The notes beneath the pieces are model-generated. The model searched no databases. It saw only the letters and a program-made list of their open reading frames with translations, and was not told the origin of the DNA. 64,000 nucleotides of DNA from Klebsormidium nitens (taxonomy: Eukaryota; Plantae; Klebsormidiophyceae). Positions 60,141 through 64,000 of this stretch are shown one piece after another. Both the position numbers and the translations under genes were made by a program. The stretch lies in the NCBI GenBank assembly GCA_000708835.1, contig DF236992.1:1-64000 (forward strand). Direction: 5' to 3'. Position 1 is the stretch's first letter, and every line of letters starts with the position of its first letter.

Positions 60141-61395
60141 AATAGCTTTGACCGTCAGATACGAGGCACATTCAGAGAGATAACTGTTTAGATCATTAGA
60201 GCGTTTCTCAAGGAAGGGGCAGAAGGGTGGTCTGAGTGCGCTAGGGGTAGCGGTTGAACAGCCTCAGCTTAGGATTGTAATTTATCTAGAGAGGGCTGTT
60301 GTTCCAGGAAGATAAGATTGTACCATAGGCATTGAGCTACAAACGGTGTGGGTGGATTACCTCAGTTATGTCAAGACTAGAGGGTGGTGGTTGCAAACTG
60401 GAACGCACATTTTTGCGGATGGTTTGCCATCTGAGTTCAGATGAATAAGCAGAAAACTTGAAGCGAGAGTAGGATCATGTGTCGGAAAGATAACCTTCCA
60501 ACGGGGCTGTAATTTTGACAGTGGTTGTCAGCAGTTTTGTCAAATTGTTCAAAGGAAGTGTTCCTTCTTTACTCAAGTTGACAGAGTACTGGACAGAAGA
60601 CATGTCCCCTGTCTAAGGGGTCCTTCAGATTGCACTTGCAAACAAGCTGTTTTGTCCAGGCTTCATTATTCCGTTGCCATGAGCATGTCAATCTTTTGAC
60701 CGTTTCTCTGGACATACTGTTTCTGCGTCCCATTTTCTGTCTTCACCCCCACGAGAATGAATCTTGTGTATTGGAAATACTTTCCCAAGGACTTTCTTTG
60801 ACAAAGTTGCAGCCTTCATGGACGTAGGACGTGTGGTGATGTCTAAAGAAGTAGGTATACCTCACGCTTTCTCTGGAAGACATTTCCGCCACTCTGTCCC
60901 TCTTTTGATCAATCTTGAGCATAACACTTCAGCCTTCGCATCCAGAATGACTTGCCAAGTGTACACAAGGACATGTTCTGTTGTGGTTCAGCTGAGCCTA
61001 TGGCATTGATGTGCGGTGATTGCAGGATCGAAGCATCACCCTCGATCATGCATGCGGCTTAATTTCAGAATTGCAAATTGTCACACATCCATGCCAGACA
61101 CCGAGTATGGCGATCCGTTCAGAATGTCGCCACGCCACCTGTTTTTGTGTTATGTATTCATTCACGAATCTGGATTGCTTCACTGTAGCTGCTATTGTCA
61201 TGTCAGCGAGTGCATTGTGGCGTGAAAGCTCAAGATTATACCACAAGTCAATGACTGCGCCTGACGAATGTTGGACCTCCTTTTGCCAACGGTGAGGCCG
61301 TCTACTTTCACCCATCTAATCGGCTTCTTCAATGCACTATGTACCTAAAGTCATTGACTTACCTGCCAAAAGATCTGGAAAAGAACATTGCGCGC

Positions 61396-63648
61396 CTAGC
61401 TGATAGTAGGAAGCTTGGTGTTATTTAGCCTCTCTAGGGCCAAGACAAGCGCTTGCGTCCCTAAATTGCTTTCTTCATGGGCCTTCAGAGACACATAAAG
61501 TGATTGGGCCTGCGGACAATGTTGGACCGACATCAGTGGTGTTTCGTACACACCACTTGGATAAAAAGGTATCACAAGACGTGATGATTGGAAGATGCAT
61601 GAGGAGGTCATCGACAAACAAGTTACCGACACGGATCTACTCCTTTCAATGTCTCAACGACTTCTTCCATCTTCCTCAGAAGCATAAGCAAAAGACGCCC
61701 TCTCTCACGATCCACGAAGAAGCAGGTAGAAGTGACCTCTTACTGACTGTCTTCCTTTGAACGTTAAGGGGACGCCATGGATAGGCCCAGTGGGACCACC
61801 GCATCTGATTCGTGGCATTGAACGAACTCACATGGCTACTGAGGGCCTTGCTTTCTCGAAGCAGACTGGTAAGGACGAGGTTAAGGACTCTGCAAGACCA
61901 AGATACCTGCTCTAGACCAGATTTAAAGGCCCTCACCAGTGCTAAGCCCGGTAGCGACAAACCCATCCTCTGGCACTCGTTCAGGGCAATCCCAAGGTCC
62001 TTCACAAAGTGGGCGACGAAGAAGCCTGCAAAGGGCACAAACGGTCGCCAATGAGGATGCAGCCCAGGCGATCGCAAAAGCGGCCGAAACTGCAAAACTG
62101 GACGGGTTGCGACACACCAAGTTCGCTGACCGCTGACTTGGCTCTCTGATGATGCATGCAAGAGTCGAGTTTCGAACTTCGTGCCCCTCTGAACATGCGA
62201 GTACGTTGGTATCAGAATGAACAGACACAGTCGTAGTGAGGACCTAAGCGAATGACTTCCAGACACTTAAATAAAAGCGGTGGAATGATCAACCGCCAAC
62301 GAAAACCAAGGCAGTCGATAGATTGTCCTCCGAGGTTTCATTCTGCCATTAGTTGCTTCCACGACGTGATACGCTCGAGCCTGCTGGGCCCGCCAACAAT
62401 GGGGAAGACCCGACCGGTTTCGGCCCATCTTGGTCCACATATGCCGGAGCGCTAGACCAAAACCCCAATCAGCCTTGAAACACTTTACCATGTGCAGCCA
62501 GCCAGTATCGGATTGGTATGGCAGACCTTCGGGGTTTGATTACCTGGATCGAAATCCCGTTGCAGGATGCGTTGCGAGTAGAGCTCTAATGACTTAGACG
62601 CGGCAGCGCCGCTAGAGATGGCCCGCAAGTACCTGCGCATGATGCAAACGAAACCGGGTTTGCATTAAGCACTGGTTAACCTGCACTCCTCGATGACGCG
62701 ACGTTTTGCAGACATTTTTGGCCAGTCTTGCCAGTTTTGGGGTACCGTATTCAAGCTTGACGATGCCCGATCAATAGACAAATGACGGTGAATCGTCAAG
62801 CACAGCCCTGGCTTCCCCGGCATCACACAAATAACAACCAGAAAGCTGCCGCTCACGGGCGGAAAGGATTTTAAGACGCTGGCCGCATCTGCAGAAAGAG
62901 ACTCCGTGCAGTCGCACCCGGATGCGACCAAATTGATCAAGATCAATAATTACTTCCGTAGGGAAGTTCGGCTTTTTGGAGTTCCCCATATCAAAACGTT
63001 CGAAAGCCAATCGGATGTCAAGTCTTTTACCCGTCTACCAAGGCACGACTCTCACGGAAACCAGCTGTCTTCTGTTCGTGCTGAACTGAACGTAATCGCA
63101 GCACCGTCAGGCCACGTTTAGTTTGATGGGAAGACTTTGACAGAAGCACAGCTTAAGAGGGGCGAATCGACGGCTTACGTCGGGACGTCCAGGCCCGCTT
63201 TGTGCGCGTACAACATCCCCTGAAAACGGTCGGAGTGAGTCATCAGTGAGTTCAGATCGACTCCACCTAACCTTGCATTTGTGCTCATTTTCCACATGTT
63301 TCAGCAAGAGACTTGAGAAGACAGACAAGGACCGCACATTAGCGTCTCTTACCAACCAAAGAAATCCTACCCCAAAATCAAGGCCGTCGCCTCGAGCCCC
63401 GCCGACGTCAGAGCTTCAGCTGGCCACGTGCAACGCTTGACCGCCGATTCCGTCGGCACCATGACTTTACCAAGTTATTCCACATGTTTTCGCTCCTGAA
63501 AGGCGTGTCTGTGACTTACCTCAACCATTCCCACCATGGTAGACGCGATCGTAATCTGGTTCGCCATTTTGCAGTGCTGCCCGTTCCCAGCGGGGCCCAT
63601 GTACGTGGTGTTACCCATCGCGTTCAGCAGAGGGGCCAGTGCCGCAAC
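61396..63648 (-). CDS. 3-hydroxyisobutyrate/6-phosphogluconate dehydrogenase family protein (plant HIBADH-like 1 type), 3' part; 5' exons not seen in the window
   Basis: Phase-consistent exons 63648-63520 (GPAGNGQHCKMANQITIASTMVGMVE), 63219-63179 (GMLYAHKAGLD), 62632-62544 (AISSGAAASKSLELY...RDFDPG), 62025-61937 (FFVAHFVKDLGIALNECQRMGLSLPGLAL) and 61509-61396 (SLKAHEESNLGTQALVLALERLNN). Confidence 0.92.
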
Positions 63649-64000
63649 CTGTGAAGTACAACCAGGAGGGATGTGTTTTGTTCTGAAGGAAGTTGGTAGA
63701 GACTGGATAACTGCAACTTGGGGTGTTCGAGACTATCGCCTTGGTTCATGGCATCACCACGTTGGAACGTCCACAACTCCAAGCAGAGCGTCTGGTCTTG
63801 AAACCTACAATGTTGAGCACCTTTGAACCCCCACCTGGCAAAATAGGGCTCAAAAAACCGTCATGCATTAAGAGCAGAATCAGATTGTACTAGTTTTCAA
63901 GGCGAGGGAGCGACCAAGTCGAAGCGGCGTGCTTTGCAAGTGTCACTTATTGCCCCCATCGATAGTATCATAGAATCGAAGGCGTCCAAGTCCCAGTACT

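Noticed and set aside
1-64000. tRNA, rRNA, intact transposase, reverse transcriptase or viral hallmark genes
   Set aside because: No cloverleaf with A/B boxes, rRNA-like tract, DDE or YxDD motif, or capsid/polymerase motif was seen by eye. tRNAscan-SE, Infernal and HMM scans would be needed to exclude them formally.

Overview
Eukaryotic nuclear DNA with GC-rich exons and GT-AG introns. The gene set (7TM-RGS, SPARK-type receptor kinase, F-box/kelch, plastid TPM protein) points to a streptophyte green alga, possibly Klebsormidium-like; this is inference. I assembled ten gene models by hand from splice signals, reading-frame phase and remembered family motifs. In order: NEPRO/Rmp1-like (-), TTI1 (+), an intronless ~770-aa orphan (+), a cyanobacterial-type TPM protein (-), a receptor-like kinase with two tandem SPARK-like ectodomains (+), a 4-exon orphan (-), 7TM-RGS1 (-), F-box/kelch (-), a small UL92-like Cys/His protein (+), and the 3' part of a 3-hydroxyacid dehydrogenase (-). 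There are two clear MITEs, a third probable one spanning a 198-N gap, and several decayed intergenic segments. I found no rRNA, tRNA or CRISPR. Best leads: (1) the double-SPARK receptor kinase; (2) a codon-biased 67-aa ORF in the apparent leader exon of the F-box/kelch gene (uORF or bicistronic mRNA); (3) tandem duplications that copy splice sites inside TTI1, one giving an in-frame alternative donor (+70 aa); (4) four LxRxx(S/T)xP motifs in the orphan protein. No database searches were run, so family calls rest on motif recall.
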